A DNA stretch of 63,532 bases, the filler included, from Piedraia hortae CBS 480.64 (Eukaryota), in the NCBI GenBank assembly GCA_010093745.1. It is 2 parts of 2 records of this genome, joined end to end, with 100 filler letters (N's around TTAATTAATTAA, not from the genome) between each part and the next. Parts side by side here need not be neighbours in the genome. Positions count along the whole stretch, not along the records: positions 31,867 to 63,532 come from MU006054.1; 1 more part is not named here. One strand, 5' to 3'. The stretch's first letter is position 1. The number at the start of each line of letters is the position of its first letter. Positions 46,532 through 58,595 of the stretch are shown here, piece after piece. Under the pieces are notes generated by a model. It did no database searches, was not told where the DNA came from, and worked only from the letters and a program-made list of their open reading frames with translations. Both the position numbers and the translations under genes were made by a program.

Positions 46532-48799
46532 TTACTTCCCCATAACGTCATTAATAACCCCCTTCCTCCCCTCCGACTCCACAAACAATGCCTCAATAAG
46601 ATCAACAACCTCCTCCCTCTCAAACTCCAACCTCAATTCACCCTCACACCACAAAAATCTCAAATCCGCCAAACTGCACTCCAACACCTCCCCCAAATAA
46701 CAAAACTTGAGCCAATTAGGGCAATACACAACCGTCGTCCCAGCGGGGAACAACCCCCCAGCCTGGGCAACTACATCACACAATCCTTTCAAAATAGTAG
46801 ACTCCTCAGCGGATATGTCGGGGAGGTCTTGGATTTCACGCATCACGCTCCCCGTTACGGTGAACAACAAGTTCCCTAAAGTTTGGTTTAGGATGGATGG
46901 GGGGAGGATTCCGTCCCATTGGGTTTTGAGGGTTTGGAGGTGGGTAACTGCGTTCCGCAATGCTTCTTCGCTGGATGTGCGGAAGGTAGGGTCGCTAACG
47001 CGCGAGAAGGTGGCGCCGGAGAGGAGGTCGGTGAGGATTGTGCGCTGCGCGTCGAGATCGGTGGTGTAGATTCGCTTCGCGAAGGCACTGAGTTGGGAGC
47101 TAAGGGGGGATGGAGGCTCCGCTGAGGCCAGCTCCGCTGAGGCCAGCTCCGCTGAGAGGAGGGTCGCGTCGTTGTATAAGAGCATGCGGTTGGGGTAGAT
47201 TGTGGGTGCGAGGGCGCGGTATAATGCCAGGATTAAGGTGGGGAGGGTGAGGAGGGCGGATGAGGCTGGGGTTAGGGCGGTTTGGGTTGATTGTAGGGTA
47301 GAGGAGTCGGATTGGAGACGGGTCAGGAGGGACTGGATGAGGGTAGGGATGGGAGTTATGAGGTAGGTTTCTTGGAGGGTGAGTGTTTTTTCGTCTTTCT
47401 GGGTGGGTGTTTTGGGTGTTTTGGGGGTAGTAGGCTTGGGAGAGGTTTCGTCGTCGTCCCAGGACCAGTCTTCTTCTTCTTCTTCGTCATCTTTGTGTGT
47501 CTCTTTTTTGAAGGATTTATCTTCTTTCGGGGACTCATCATCCCACTCATCATTCCAATCCTCAGTATCCTTCTCCCCTGCCAACGTCTCGTGCTCGTCA
47601 CGACTGACTTTTTGCGTTTCAACTCGCTTCGCAACTTGCGTCTTTGCCACGCCCTCGCGAATTATTCTGCGGGTTTCGTCTAGGGCTGCTTCGCGGCGAC
47701 GGGTTACGTACGTTCTTGGGACGCCAGAGATCCAGTCTCGGAGCTGCTTCGCGCCTTGCCATTTGGCAGATTCGAGGGATGATGCAAAGTGTTCGACCGA
47801 GGCTAGGGTGTGTTGGAAAGAGGATATCTGCTGGATGTCTAGAGGGATGGAAGCGTCGAGGTGGTGTTCTTCTAGCTTTAGGATGATGTCTGGCATGAGA
47901 GATGATGAGAGTGGTTGTGTGATAGATGGTGGAAGATGTGTGTTGAGGAAGGTGATTATCTCTTGCAGGTCGGAAAGTAGTGATTCAAGTTCGTTCTTTT
48001 TGAGCTGCCCTGAAAAAGACAGCATTTGTCCGGATATCACCACGCTGGGGACTTCCTTGGACTGTATTTTCGGACAGATGATATGCTTGTCTAAGTCCCG
48101 CCTCAGCTTCTGCACAAGCTGATCAAACAGGCCAAGCGACTGCGCCAGCTTGACATTAGAAATTGCATCCCCCCCGACCGTAACACTACGTTTCTCTGGA
48201 TGTATCTTGATCAGCTCATTCCACCGTTCAGTCACCATCTCCCTCAGACTCTGCGACAACTCCTCTGCTCTTTCTTTCAGCAAGTCAATAGCTTTCGTGT
48301 TCCCAACACCTTCCAGCCCACCAATGGAATCCTGCGCCGTCTCCAGCTGCTGCACAGCCTTCTCCAAATCCTTCCCCACCGCCTCATTCTGCGCCCTGTC
48401 CAGCATGGTATTTGCAAATCTGATATGCTCTAGGACGCCCGCAAGCGTCTCCTCAAAAGCTACTTCTTTCTGAAGCAGCTCTGCAGTTAAGGCTTTCTCC
48501 TGCGCTTCTTCAAGCAGCTTTCGCACCGCTTCATGTTCATCTGCAATCTCCTTGGCAGACTCGCGACATTTCGCTACATCCCTATGCAGACACTGAGCTT
48601 GCGCAATCCATCCATCAATATCAGGCGCAGCGGCACGGCTTTCAGCCCGAATTTCATCCACGACTTGATCGTGTGCCTTGCGGAGGGCAGCAAGAAGGTT
48701 GGTAAGGCTCTCGCCTTGGATCCGCGCACTGAAGATACCTTCGCTATCAGGGTATACCCCACGGTCGATATAGTCCAGGATAGCCGGCGTAAGGGCCAT
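46532..48799 (-). CDS. ZW10/Dsl1 tethering complex subunit
   Basis: LDYIDRGVYPDSE, DIDGWIAQA, acidic Trp loop (DWNDEWDD, EEDWSWDD), LPDISAEES, WLKFCYLGEVLECSLADL, LIEALF. Confidence 0.85.
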   Translation of the reverse strand: MALTPAILDYIDRGVYPDSEGIFSARIQGESLTNLLAALRKAHDQVVDEIRAESRAAAPDIDGWIAQAQCLHRDVAKCRESAKEIADEHEAVRKLLEEAQEKALTAELLQKEVAFEETLAGVLEHIRFANTMLDRAQNEAVGKDLEKAVQQLETAQDSIGGLEGVGNTKAIDLLKERAEELSQSLREMVTERWNELIKIHPEKRSVTVGGDAISNVKLAQSLGLFDQLVQKLRRDLDKHIICPKIQSKEVPSVVISGQMLSFSGQLKKNELESLLSDLQEIITFLNTHLPPSITQPLSSSLMPDIILKLEEHHLDASIPLDIQQISSFQHTLASVEHFASSLESAKWQGAKQLRDWISGVPRTYVTRRREAALDETRRIIREGVAKTQVAKRVETQKVSRDEHETLAGEKDTEDWNDEWDDESPKEDKSFKKETHKDDEEEEEDWSWDDDETSPKPTTPKTPKTPTQKDEKTLTLQETYLITPIPTLIQSLLTRLQSDSSTLQSTQTALTPASSALLTLPTLILALYRALAPTIYPNRMLLYNDATLLSAELASAELASAEPPSPLSSQLSAFAKRIYTTDLDAQRTILTDLLSGATFSRVSDPTFRTSSEEALRNAVTHLQTLKTQWDGILPPSILNQTLGNLLFTVTGSVMREIQDLPDISAEESTILKGLCDVVAQAGGLFPAGTTVVYCPNWLKFCYLGEVLECSLADLRFLWCEGELRLEFEREEVVDLIEALFVESEGRKGVINDVMGK

Positions 48800-48927
48800 T
48801 TTGCAATCGACTTCTTCGTCTCTGACCAGGTGAGGTTCAGCAGCCACTACGGCCCGAGCCTAGTTCCCGCGCGGCCCGACCCTAGCGATCAACCTAACCT
48901 CATCCACCGCGTAGCAGCTTGTCCAGC

Positions 48928-50334
48928 ATGGCTGAATCGTCCCTCCCTCGATTGCACTCATCCTACAAGGCCCTCCCCACCTACAGACTCCCGCCCGGCG
49001 ACAAGAGACACTACCAGCAGCAATATGCGGACATGTACTTCACACGCTTGGCCGCGCTGAAGCCGTTTGTGGAGCGCAACGCGAGCGCGGCATGGGAGGA
49101 CTTTGAAATCGCGGGAGAAACAGCACATAAGGTAGATCGTGTTTTGGACGTCCGCCAGGGGGAGCTATGTTGGGTTGTTGGAACGGTGTTTATGGAAATG
49201 CCGCTGAAGCCGCTTGTCTTGGACGATATCGGAAAAGAACATTGGATTGCTGCACCGCCGCCAAGGGTGAAGTACATTGATGGAGAAGGGAGGAATGTGA
49301 TGTTGGAGGATGAGTCTGGGCGGTTACGACTTACGGGACCGATTTTGAATGAGTGTATGTTAACGACTGGGGCGATAGTAGCTGTTATTGGGACGGAGAA
49401 TAAGGATGGGGAGTTTGAGGTTTTGGAAATGCGTCTACCGGATTTGCCGCAACAACCGGCTAGGTGGCAGCTTCAGTCACGGCCGGATAATGCCGTGGGG
49501 AAGGTGGCTATCGTGTCTGGTTTAGGCATCACGGGTGATCGAGCTGATGATGTTGCGTTGGATATGCTAATGGAATATCTCTTGGGCGAGGCTGGATCTG
49601 CAAAGGATCAGGAAAATGCAGCCAGCATATCGCGATTAATCATAGCTGGAAACTCTCTCGCTCATGGATCTCCTATTCCATCGCGACAAGAAGTCGCTGC
49701 AGCGAGAAACGGCCCGAGGAAGTATGGCTACGATAGCAGCATCTATAACCCCGCTCCTGTAGGCCGACTGGATGCTTGGCTTTCTGCTTTGTTACCCAGT
49801 CTACCCGTCACCCTCATCCCCGGTGAACGGGACCCTACAGAGACCAGTCTCCCCCAGCCTCCAATGCACCCGGCTCTGTTTCAGGAATCCCGTGCCTACA
49901 TGCCACCTCCAAACAGCAAAAACGGCGAGGAAAACTGGTTCGACAGTCAGACTAACCCCACAGAGCTGTGTGTCGACGGCTTCCGCGTGCTAGCCACTGG
50001 TGGACAGCCCGTCGACGACGTATATCGCTACATTGACGGCGAGAACAGGCTCGGTATGATGGAGTCTATGCTACGCTGGCGGTTAGTTGCTCCCACCGCC
50101 CCAGATACTCTCTGGTGCTATCCGTTCCAAGACAAGGACCGCTTCGTTATCAAAGACTGTCCACACGTGTTCGTTGTTGGAAACCAGCCCAGGTTTGAAA
50201 CCCAGGTCATAGTTGGTCCAGACGACCAGACGGTCAGGATGCTGGCAGTCCCGAATTTCAACGAAACGGGGCAGGTTGTGCTGCTGGATATGCAGACTTT
50301 GGAACCAGAGGTTTTAAAGTTTGAAGTTTTGTAA
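48928..50334 (+). CDS. POL31: DNA polymerase delta small (B) subunit
   Basis: YQQQYADMYFTRL, LEDESGRLRL, SRLIIAGNS, PGERDPT..LPQPPMHP, APTAPDTLWCYPF, CPHVFVVGNQ. Confidence 0.95.
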   Translation: MAESSLPRLHSSYKALPTYRLPPGDKRHYQQQYADMYFTRLAALKPFVERNASAAWEDFEIAGETAHKVDRVLDVRQGELCWVVGTVFMEMPLKPLVLDDIGKEHWIAAPPPRVKYIDGEGRNVMLEDESGRLRLTGPILNECMLTTGAIVAVIGTENKDGEFEVLEMRLPDLPQQPARWQLQSRPDNAVGKVAIVSGLGITGDRADDVALDMLMEYLLGEAGSAKDQENAASISRLIIAGNSLAHGSPIPSRQEVAAARNGPRKYGYDSSIYNPAPVGRLDAWLSALLPSLPVTLIPGERDPTETSLPQPPMHPALFQESRAYMPPPNSKNGEENWFDSQTNPTELCVDGFRVLATGGQPVDDVYRYIDGENRLGMMESMLRWRLVAPTAPDTLWCYPFQDKDRFVIKDCPHVFVVGNQPRFETQVIVGPDDQTVRMLAVPNFNETGQVVLLDMQTLEPEVLKFEVL

Positions 50335-50469
50335 AGTAGTTTCACCACTTAGCGAGGCGTTGGCAGAAGAATAGGTGTCATTTTAGGAAAAGTGGTTGTC
50401 AAGATATCTAAAAACCTATTACGCTGTCTGGGGGTGGCTGCAAGACCGAGGCTACCCGTAACCACCCCA

Positions 50470-51919
50470 ATGTCATCCCTCAAACGCGCCCAGGACTTTG
50501 TATCCTTTCTGAATGCCTCTCCAACGCGTAAGCTGCATCTTTGAGCTTTCCTCTCCTTATTGACTGCTGCCAGCCTTCCACGCCGTACAATCGGCTCGCC
50601 AACGCCTTGAAAAGGCCGGCTTCTCCCTGATCAAGGAGAGAGACGACTGGTCCAGTCTCAAACCAGGCGGCAAGTACTTTGTCACTCGCAATGCGAGCTC
50701 TATCGTAGCTTTCGCTGTGGGATCCAAGTGGAAACCCGGGAACCCGGTGTCCATGGTCGGAGCCCACACGGACTCCCCCTGCATGCGCATCAAGCCCGTT
50801 TCGAAGCGAATTGCAGAAGGATACCAGCAGATTGGCGTGGAGCTGTATGGAGGGGGCCTCTGGCACACATGGTTCGACCGCGACTTGGGTGTGGCTGGGA
50901 GGGTCATGGTATCGACCGGCAACGGAGGGAGTGAAATGCGTCTCGTGAGAATCTCCAAACCCGTCTGTCGCATCCCAAACCTAGCCATCCACTTCGGAGG
51001 TCGCACCCCATTCGACTACAACAAAGAGACCCATCTCCTCCCCATTGCCGGTCTAGTCTCAGCCGAGCTCAACCAAAACCCAGCCGAAACCACCACCAAC
51101 CCCTTGAAAACCCCTCTACAGCGTCATCACCCCTACCTCATTGAACTACTCGCAAAGGAAGCAAACTGTAAGCCCACCGAAATCCTGGATTTCGAATGCA
51201 TTCTCTACGACACCCAACCCGCCTGTCTCGGCGGCCTCCACGACGAATTCATTTACTCCGCCCGTCTCGACAACCTTGGCATGACCTACTGCGCTATCGA
51301 AGGTCTAATCCAGTCCCTCCAAACCCCCCTCACCAACGACCCCATCATCCGCCTCATCGCCTGTTTCGACAACGAAGAAATCGGCTCCACATCCGCCCAG
51401 GGAGCGGATAGTAACTTCCTTCCTGCTGTCCTCACCCGTCTCGCCTCACTAGGCAGTACCCACACCTCAGCCTTCTACGAGCAAACCCTCGCAAAATCCT
51501 TCCTAATCTCAGCTGACATGGCGCACGCTGTTAATCCGAACTATACCACCGACTACGAATCCGAACACCGCCCCGCTTTGAATGGGGGCACGGTTATTAA
51601 AATCAACGCGAATGTGCGATACGCGACGAACGCGCCGGGGATCGTCCTGCTGCAGGAGTGTGCGAAGAGGGCGAAGGGCAAGGAGGGTGTGCCGCTGCAG
51701 TTGTATGTCGTGAAGAATGATCATCCGTGTGGGAGTACTATTGGGCCGATGCTGGCTGCGAAGCTTGGGGTGAGGACGATTGACGTGGGGAATCCACAGC
51801 TTGCGATGCATAGTATTAGGGAGACTGGGGGGACGAGGGATGTGGAGATTGGAGTGGAATTGTTTGGGAGTTTCTTTGGGTGTTTTGGGGAGGTGGGTGA
51901 GAGGATTGTTGTGGATTAG
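50470..51919 (+). CDS. APE4: Aspartyl aminopeptidase (M18), 1 intron
   Basis: FLNASPT|PFHAV, GAHTDSP, WFDRDLG, RLDNL, FDNEEIGS, SADMAHA, CGSTIGP, LAMHSIRE. Confidence 0.95.
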
Positions 51920-52774
51920 GTAGGTGCTGGTAGCGTAGAATGTAGTTCCCAGTGAAGCATGGTCGAGGTTTTTCAAAGGGATGCTGTTGGGAAAATGATC
52001 TTCACAGAAGATTTACGATATGCTGATCTGATATATATAGGCATTTGAGAATGATGCATCTGAACCATATAGCCGGGAACACTCATCTCTGTCCTATGGG
52101 AATCGTAATGTGGTGGGTTCCCCTGCGAGAAGCAAGGACAATGTGCATTGAGACTCTAACTCTCCGCGATGAGGATTTTTTCCGAAAATATTCGGCATTC
52201 ATACTTTCACCTTGGGCCGCCCCCGTAAACTCAAAACACATTAGGCACAGCAATTTTACATAGTAACCATCATCTGCGGGGTTCTTGCTGGATTTTGTGT
52301 ATTCGAAGTTGATGGGGTGGGCTGAGCTTTGGATTTACATAGATAAACGAATGACGTCGCAAGCATTTACCATGGGCTTCTTATGAGAGATGACGGTATA
52401 TGACGGTATGTGGATAAGGAACATGGACAGCTTAAAAGAGTTTCACCTCGATTTGTTGCATGATCATATCGGGTTTGTTCGGTCCAAGAATCTCGCCAAT
52501 ACTTGAGTCACACTCAGGCAAACACACAAAACGACTGCTGAATCGTGATCTTCACCGTAATTTATTATCATCGATCAACAAATATTTAAGACGTTCGAGT
52601 GTTATGCTACATGGTTCGAAAGTGGGCGAGTTCGTGAGTTTTTGAGCCGCTGATGTTCCCCCACAACACCTCACCCAACGCGACGTCGCTCTAAGATACA
52701 CGGGTGAGCTGGTCTCATTGACATCACTTCAATCACACCAATGCTACCACTTCTGAACTCTAGAACGCCTTATT

Positions 52775-54136
52775 ATGACTAGCAAAATCAGCAGCATCTG
52801 CATCATCGGCGCTGGACCGAGTGGTCTTGCTGCAGCAAAATACCTGTTAGCCGAGAAATCTTTCAACGAAATTGTCATCCTAGAAGCCCGCGCTCAGGCC
52901 GGAGGAATATGGAACTACGACCCAGAACCGGGTCCAGGTGATCAACCTTACATTAGCCCAGTATACTCCCAGCTAGAAACAAACATCCCGCGAGGCCTAA
53001 TGGGGTTCTCAGACATAGACTGGCCACAAGACTGCCAGTTGTTTCCTAGTCATGAAGAAGTCAAAACCTACCTTGATCGGTATGCCAAGGACGTGCACCA
53101 TCTCATCCGCTTCCGCACGTATTTAACCAACCTCACTCCGGTACCAGACGGTCGGTGGAGCGTGACTACACGTCATTCAGCTGAGGGGGTTCAGACGCAG
53201 TGTTTTGATGCCGTTGTAGTGGCTTCAGGACACTTCAACGTACCCTACATACCACCCGTTCCGGGACTGAAGGAATGGACTGCAGCGTATCCCAATGCAG
53301 TGCTGCACTCGAAATCCTACCGCCGCCCGGAGACGTACACGAGTAAGAAGGTTCTCGTGGTTGGAAACTCGGCCTCGGGGTCGGATATTGCCACCCAGGT
53401 GGAGGGTGTGTGTCGTGAACCTTTGCTCCATTCCGTCCGTTCTGGAGCGGAGGGGGACACCTCATCGAGGGTTTACAAACCCACGATAGTCAAATATGAC
53501 GTCTCCGATCGTACAGTGCACTTCGAAGATGGCTCGGTAGAATCGCATATCGATGCGGTCATATACTGTACCGGATATCGTTATTCTTTTCCTTTCATCA
53601 CCTCCCTGGACCTCACGAATGGCGAACGCGTTCGGGACACTTACCAACATATATTTTATCGGCCCAACCCTACCCTCGTATTCCCGGGTTTGAATAAGAA
53701 GATTGTGCCGTTCCCTATGGCTGAGTCCCAGGCGGCTGTCATTGCACGCGTGTTTTCGGGACGTCTAATCCTGCCTTCTGAGGAGGAGATGGAGAGGTGG
53801 GAGAGGGAAGTTCTAGCAGACCAAGGCGATGGATTGCAGTTTCATGTCTTGTCTTTTCCCATGGACGCAGAGTACATCAATATGTGTCACCGCTGGGCTG
53901 GAGCAGCAGAGGGTGAGGGAAAGGTGGGTAAAATGCCTCTCTTCTGGGGGCCGGAACAGTACTGGATCCGTCCACGCTGTCCTGAAATGAAGAAAGCATT
54001 CGCAGCCCTGGGCCCGCAACGCCATAAAATCCGCACTCTGAAAGACCTAGGCTACGATAATCCTCACAGACTACCTAGTCCTGACCAAGAATCTCCTGAA
54101 ACTCCCTCAAAACCACGACCGGCGCTCCCGGTTTGA
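52775..54136 (+). CDS. FMO1: Flavin-containing monooxygenase (thiol-specific FMO-like)
   Basis: IIGAGPSGL, GGIWNY, LETNIP, ASGHF, HSKSYR, VVGNSASG, CTGY. Confidence 0.92.
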   Translation: MTSKISSICIIGAGPSGLAAAKYLLAEKSFNEIVILEARAQAGGIWNYDPEPGPGDQPYISPVYSQLETNIPRGLMGFSDIDWPQDCQLFPSHEEVKTYLDRYAKDVHHLIRFRTYLTNLTPVPDGRWSVTTRHSAEGVQTQCFDAVVVASGHFNVPYIPPVPGLKEWTAAYPNAVLHSKSYRRPETYTSKKVLVVGNSASGSDIATQVEGVCREPLLHSVRSGAEGDTSSRVYKPTIVKYDVSDRTVHFEDGSVESHIDAVIYCTGYRYSFPFITSLDLTNGERVRDTYQHIFYRPNPTLVFPGLNKKIVPFPMAESQAAVIARVFSGRLILPSEEEMERWEREVLADQGDGLQFHVLSFPMDAEYINMCHRWAGAAEGEGKVGKMPLFWGPEQYWIRPRCPEMKKAFAALGPQRHKIRTLKDLGYDNPHRLPSPDQESPETPSKPRPALPV

Positions 54137-54793
54137 CCCTCCCCTTCAACCTCAAAATCCTTCCCTGCTGGAACCCAACATGCACCACAACCTTATAACA
54201 ACCCTCCTTAATCTCCACTTTCACAACCCTCACCTTCCCACGCCAACCCTGTGAAACATTTCTCCACATCCAAACCTCAACCTCCCGCGGTAGCCGCTGC
54301 ATCCCAACTAAAACCTCATCCAACGCCTCCAAAGCGAGCGTCCGAATCCAAAACATCGCATACTGCTTTTTCAAACCCCTCACCGCCCCGGTGTGAACTC
54401 CCCTCAAACCCCCCTCCCCCGGCCGGGGGGGGACCAAATGTCTATACCACCCCCCTTCTGCCCTATCACCAACCTTACAAACCCCCCAAAACGAAGAACT
54501 CTCAACGAGCATGAACACCAGATCAACCTCGCACTCCAACAACATCACAAGACTTGCATCCCCTTGCTCATCATACCACAAATTCTCGACGGATAGGATT
54601 GCGGTGAAGGGGAAGAATTAGTTCCAGCCGCGGAGGAAGTGCTCGATATTAGGGAGGGCTTGGAGTGGTGCCCAGACTGTGGCGCTCAGGATTGTTCCGC
54701 CCGGGCTGCTGACGAGGGCGGTTTGGCCGAGGTAGCGCCCGTTGGCGTGTAAGATACCACGGTGGTGAACACTGCGCGACAGCGGTGGTAGGT

Positions 54794-54830
<37 letters not shown>

Positions 54831-54898
54831 AGAGAGGAGTTGTGAAGGGTGGAAAGGTTATTTAACCCGAATGTGGGGGGTGGGTTGGGGATAGACAT
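54075..54898 (-). pseudogene. Possible disrupted orphan gene (frameshift in G34 tract, in-frame TAA at 54618-54620)
   Basis: Frame of ORF 54075-54581 stays open upstream to the homopolymer apart from one TAA; ATG 54898 is in another frame; shows the same C-to-G skew as neighbouring real genes. Confidence 0.35.
54796..54829. repeat. G34 homopolymer
   Basis: Directly visible. Confidence 0.9.
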
Positions 54899-55718
54899 TG
54901 CTGTGTGGAGGATGTTGAGGAGGAAGAGGGAGGTTATGGTGGTGATGGGTGCGGAATTGGGACACGGGCGTGGCGGTTATTACCGTGCCTGTGCTTGGCG
55001 TGGTGGGAGGGGTGGGTGAGGAGTTGTGGATGGGATGGTGGATTGGGAGGCTTTTGATGGAATGTGACGGGGTGTGCTGGGTGGGAAGAGGTGAATTGTT
55101 GGAATATGTGAAGGGGAGATTTGCAATAGGTGTTGGGTAGGAATACCTTGGCGAGCTAGTGTTGATGGCCTTTCCAGGTGGTTGCAGACTACCATAGCGT
55201 TCAAATGGAATGCAATATGTCGTTGAATATGCTGTTGGCTCGAGAGAAGAGGATAGAGTCTGCTCCCACGGTTAAACAGAGAAAAGTCTTAGCCAGTTTG
55301 TGGTTGATACAAGATTAAAATGCATGGGTTATACTTTAGTTCGACAATCATGGCATTCGAGGATGTCAATATGTCGATATCATGCAAAACGGCTTGTTGG
55401 AATGACTGAGGAAAGGTATTGCAACTGTTTGTGCTGGATTACTCTAGGCAGCATCTCTAGGCTTGTGATATGCTCCACAGTATACTTATACAACCACGGC
55501 GTTCAAATAAAAGACGTTATCACCTTCTTGTGCAGAGCAACTCGTTGCAACACACTCAAGAGAGACATGAGGGAGAGTTTGCAATCAGCATTGAACGGAC
55601 AAATCTTAGACAGGTTCTCCACGAGTTGCAAACAAGCACGACTGAAACCAATGCCTCTGTATCACGAACCAGACACAAAACTGCAGCAACAAACCTGGAC
55701 CTCGCTATCCATACTTCT

Positions 55719-58029
55719 CTACATAGCCTGCACCTCCGCGATCTCAAGGGCCTTCTCCAACCTCTCCAACCTATGGGAAATATCACTTCTCGCACTAGCC
55801 GTAACCGAATTCTCAGCTGCGATATCCGCCAATTCCTGCTCCGCCATCCCACCAATAAACGCCGGCGTAAGCGTCTTAACCGGCCCATCCTCTCCGAGGA
55901 AACACCTCTCCACAATTTGCACTACAACATTATCCGCGAATCGCTTCAACGCGACTTTATAGTACGCGCGTAGGATATCATGGATGTCGAAGACTGCTTG
56001 GTCCTCGTTATTGAGGTGCACTGCGTCCATGATGTCTGAGAGAACAACCTCCGTTGCGTCGTCTTCGGAGATTCCGACGGCTTCGAGGCGGTGGATTAGG
56101 CGTGCTTCGCGGGACTTAGAGAGGGTGTTAGAGAAGTAGTTGTTTACGGTTTGGAGAATGCCTTCGGTTTCGTCAGCGAGAAGTTGGTCCAGGATTTGGG
56201 ATGCTTTTTGTCTCGTTCCGCGAGCGTTTCGGCTGGTGATTTTTGCGCGGAGTGACTCTTCAACTACGAGGTCGGCCATTACGCGTTTGTTAAATCGCAT
56301 CACGATGCCATTGACGATGTCGAGGTGCTTGGAGGCGATTGCTCGCCATTTTACCGATTGGCTTTTGAACATGCGTGCGAGCACGGCGGGGTTGACGGTG
56401 CCGGGGAGCTCGCAGCCGCGGGAGTCGCGGTAGGTTCGTCGAATCCAGTTGTATATGTTCTCCTCGCCTTCTTTGACAACGCCAAATTCGTCGTCGATTC
56501 CCTCATCGGGCTTTCGAAACGCGAGATGATGCCCACCTTTGTTGATAATCGAGCCGAACTTTTCGTTGGCAAATTGGAGGTGCATGCGGAGCTTTCACTC
56601 ATCATTAGCCGCCCACAAACCATCGTAGTCGCCTCGAAGGCAGTCAATGACGGTCTTCTGATAGTCGCCGGCAACCTGCGTGAGATAATGGCGTTGCTGC
56701 GTTGACGTCTGCCTCGCAACGCCGAGGGAGGCGAGATCGTCTCGGGCTTGATTGGCTAGGTGGCGGATCTCTTCGACCAAGCTTGGGAACTCAGCCCGGA
56801 TATGATCGTAAAGGAGCTTTCCAAGAAACGCCTTTAGTGGGCCGATACCGACCCTGTCACGGTTCAGCGAGCTCCATGGGCGTTTCGAGAAGAAATCTTT
56901 CTCGATGTAATGTCGCTGAGCAATGGTAACTCCGTCTCTGATTTCCGCCGTAGAGCGGTTCCTCACAGCAAACCAACCGTGGGTCAATTTCTCGACCTGG
57001 TTCTGCGCGATTTTCAAAACCTACTCATTGTCAATGTAGAACGATTTTACACAAGGATAGATCATACTCCCTGCTCATCACCACCCTGTACAGCATCGCA
57101 CTTGGTGACGATGCCGACCGTACGGGCACCGGCAGGATCAGCCTCCCTTGCCATGCGGAACACTTCCTGGTTGGCAAGATTGTTTCGTGCATCCATCACA
57201 GCCCTATATCAGTCAATCACAGAGTCTTGTGAAATGGGAAGGCAACTTACAAAATGATTGTCCTGCGGTCTGTGATGTAGTTCTTGATAAGAGAGCGGAT
57301 AGTATCCAGATCTTCGGATGTTTGGTACTTGGTGGGATCTAACAGCGTTAGTGACATGTTCTAATGCATCAAGTAGACATACTGTGGAACAATCCTGGAA
57401 CGTCCACAACACTGAGATGATGATGCTCTGGTCCGGAGAGCTCGATGCTTAAGATGTCGTCCGAGAAACGCTTGTCCAAGTCCTCTAAGTCAGTCTCATC
57501 GATTGCAGGCAGACCCATATGGACAGCAGCCTGAGATTTGTCAGTGTATATAGATCATCGCAAGAATTTGAGTAAATATACATCACTTAAGATGGACTCA
57601 AACATGTCTGCCGTTAAGACACCCCCATTGATGTCATAACCGAAGCTGTGTAGATGTGCAACCTGACCTTCATCCCCACTGGCGGACGGACCTGGGAGAA
57701 TAGACACCTTTGCCTCGGCCTCATCAGCCGGTGCTCGGCGTAGTCGGATCTGGGTGACGAAACGAGTACATAGCTCGCTGGCAATGGGAAAGTTCAGTCC
57801 CGTCAAACCCTCCAGCAGGGATGACTTTCCGCTGGATTGGTCGCCAACCACGACGAGCTGCAAGATTGTCAGAATGACAATTGCATACTCATCAAAGACA
57901 TACCTGGGGAAGTGAAATGTCTTCATTTACTCCCAGAGCTCGAAAATGGTCAACGATCCCCAGGATCTTAAGACGATGCTCATCATCGAGCCCATCAACA
58001 TCAACTTTCAACGCCTGTCCTCTTGTCAT
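55719..58029 (-). pseudogene. Dynamin-like/Mx-like GTPase (5 introns) with a single in-frame TGA at 56595-56597
   Basis: LPQ|LVVVGDQSSGKSSLLE, CTRF, VVDVPGL, TKCD, GWFAVRNR, RGCELPG, AYYKVALKRFADNV; ...ANDE*KLRMHL in one frame. Confidence 0.85.
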
Positions 58030-58595
58030 CTTTGATAAACTGTTTTTGATAGGGACACTGTGATCGATGGGAAAACAGCGGCTGATGAGAGAATCTTCTG
58101 CAAACCCTACTTTTATAGCGGGGCATCCTATATTAAACATCCAATCCATTGCCTAGTGCCATGAATTTACAAACGGGATTCGTTCTATGTCACTTGTCCC
58201 GTTTGACCGCAATCTTGCAGGCATTTATGCATCCTCAAATACGGTCGTTTGCCTTATCTCTGCCGGAGCCCGCCTGTCATTTGGACGAGAATGCAACATA
58301 CACCCATTTTCCCATTTCGGCATTCGGAATAATGCATGAGGTTTGGAGGTTTCGTAGGAGACGCACCATGAGACAAACCGATGGGAAGGCTAAATGAACT
58401 AGATTGGAATTTACGGCATTCTACATAGAAACATCAACCGTATGGCCCTTTCTGTCATACTTACAATCTTCCGCATGGTTCATTAGGTATGTTCAGCTGA
58501 TTCTGGATGATCCATCGATTGCTGAAGTTCATGGCCACGACTTGTGCCCGCCACGACTTTTGACCTACCGCAACAGTTTCCGCCAACGGCCAGCA

